Shown: positions 4,916-5,156 of the stretch, in pieces | How the letters are laid out: the number at the start of each line of letters is the position of its first letter | Numbering within the stretch: position 1 is the first letter of the stretch | Source: an uncultured archaeon | GTDB taxonomy: Archaea; Asgardarchaeota; Jordiarchaeia; Jordiarchaeales; Jordiarchaeaceae | Assembly (NCBI GenBank): GCA_964510585.1 | Contig: CAZECW010000206.1 | Coordinates: 1-5,156, forward strand | Length of the DNA stretch: 5,156 nucleotides | Reading direction: 5' to 3' | The notes under the pieces: model-generated | Database searches by the model: none | The model's input: the letters and a program-made list of their open reading frames with translations, nothing else | Told to the model about the DNA's origin: nothing | Made by a program: the position numbers and the translations under genes

Positions 4916-5156
4916 TTATGGTTGTTCCCATCCCTTGGGGTAAGAGCCGTACTTTTTAGATGCGTCAACCCAGGCTTGATAGTGCTCCATAGGTATCCAG
5001 TAGTCACCGGGTCCAGGGTTCCAGTACTTGCTCTTGGGGTCAGAACAGGCAATCTTGTACCTCTCCTTCTCATAGGCAGCAATAACGTCTGGAGGGCCAG
5101 CCTTAATTTTGTCCCAGTCTGGAAAATCAAACCACATCTTATCATAGTGCAGACAG
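4916..5156 (-). CDS. C-terminal end of the same URO-D/MtaA-superfamily protein (unique part 4916-5041 = residues 418-458 plus TAA)
   Basis: In frame with 1-1251 across the overlap (ACS|DPK). KAGPPDVIAAYEKE...WNPGPGD...IPMEHYQAWVDASKKYGSYP matches the family C-terminus (GTPEEV...PGC...P.EN..A.V.A.K.YG.YP). The 73-aa ORF in the track is this fragment. Confidence 0.88.
   Translation of the reverse strand, partial: CLHYDKMWFDFPDWDKIKAGPPDVIAAYEKERYKIACSDPKSKYWNPGPGDYWIPMEHYQAWVDASKKYGSYPKGWEQP
5042..5156 (+). repeat. Terminal direct repeat, copy 2
   Basis: Exact 115-bp copy of 1-115. Unit length after trimming is 5,041 bp. Confidence 0.98.

Noticed and set aside
4508-5145. ORFs 4508-4708(+) and 4909-5145(-); 4916-5137(-) treated as an independent gene
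   Set aside because: The first two are shadows of real genes. The third is the C-terminus of the 458-aa protein starting from an internal Met.

Overview
The first 115 bases (1-115) are repeated exactly at the end (5042-5156). The window therefore reads as one turn of a 5,041-bp circular or tandemly repeated unit, opened inside a gene. Closing the overlap restores an uninterrupted 458-aa ORF that the ORF track missed, and a three-gene minus-strand operon: corrinoid protein (1274-1918) -> URO-D/MtaA-superfamily methyltransferase-like protein (1251->1, continuing 5041->4916) -> SCP2 lipid-binding-domain protein (4481-4882). The methyltransferase-like protein appears to lack the canonical HxC...C zinc ligands. 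The rest of the unit holds a stand-alone PD-(D/E)xK nuclease, an orphan GcvH/LbpA-like lipoyl carrier with an intact lipoyl Lys, two unannotated CxxC/CxxC zinc-ribbon microproteins and two AT-rich intergenic regions. GAGGTG-type RBSs, a TTTAAATA TATA box and the zinc ribbons point to an archaeal host (inference; lineage not determinable here). I see no Rep/Cdc6, integrase, transposase, tRNA or CRISPR. All family calls come from manual translation and remembered motifs, not database searches.
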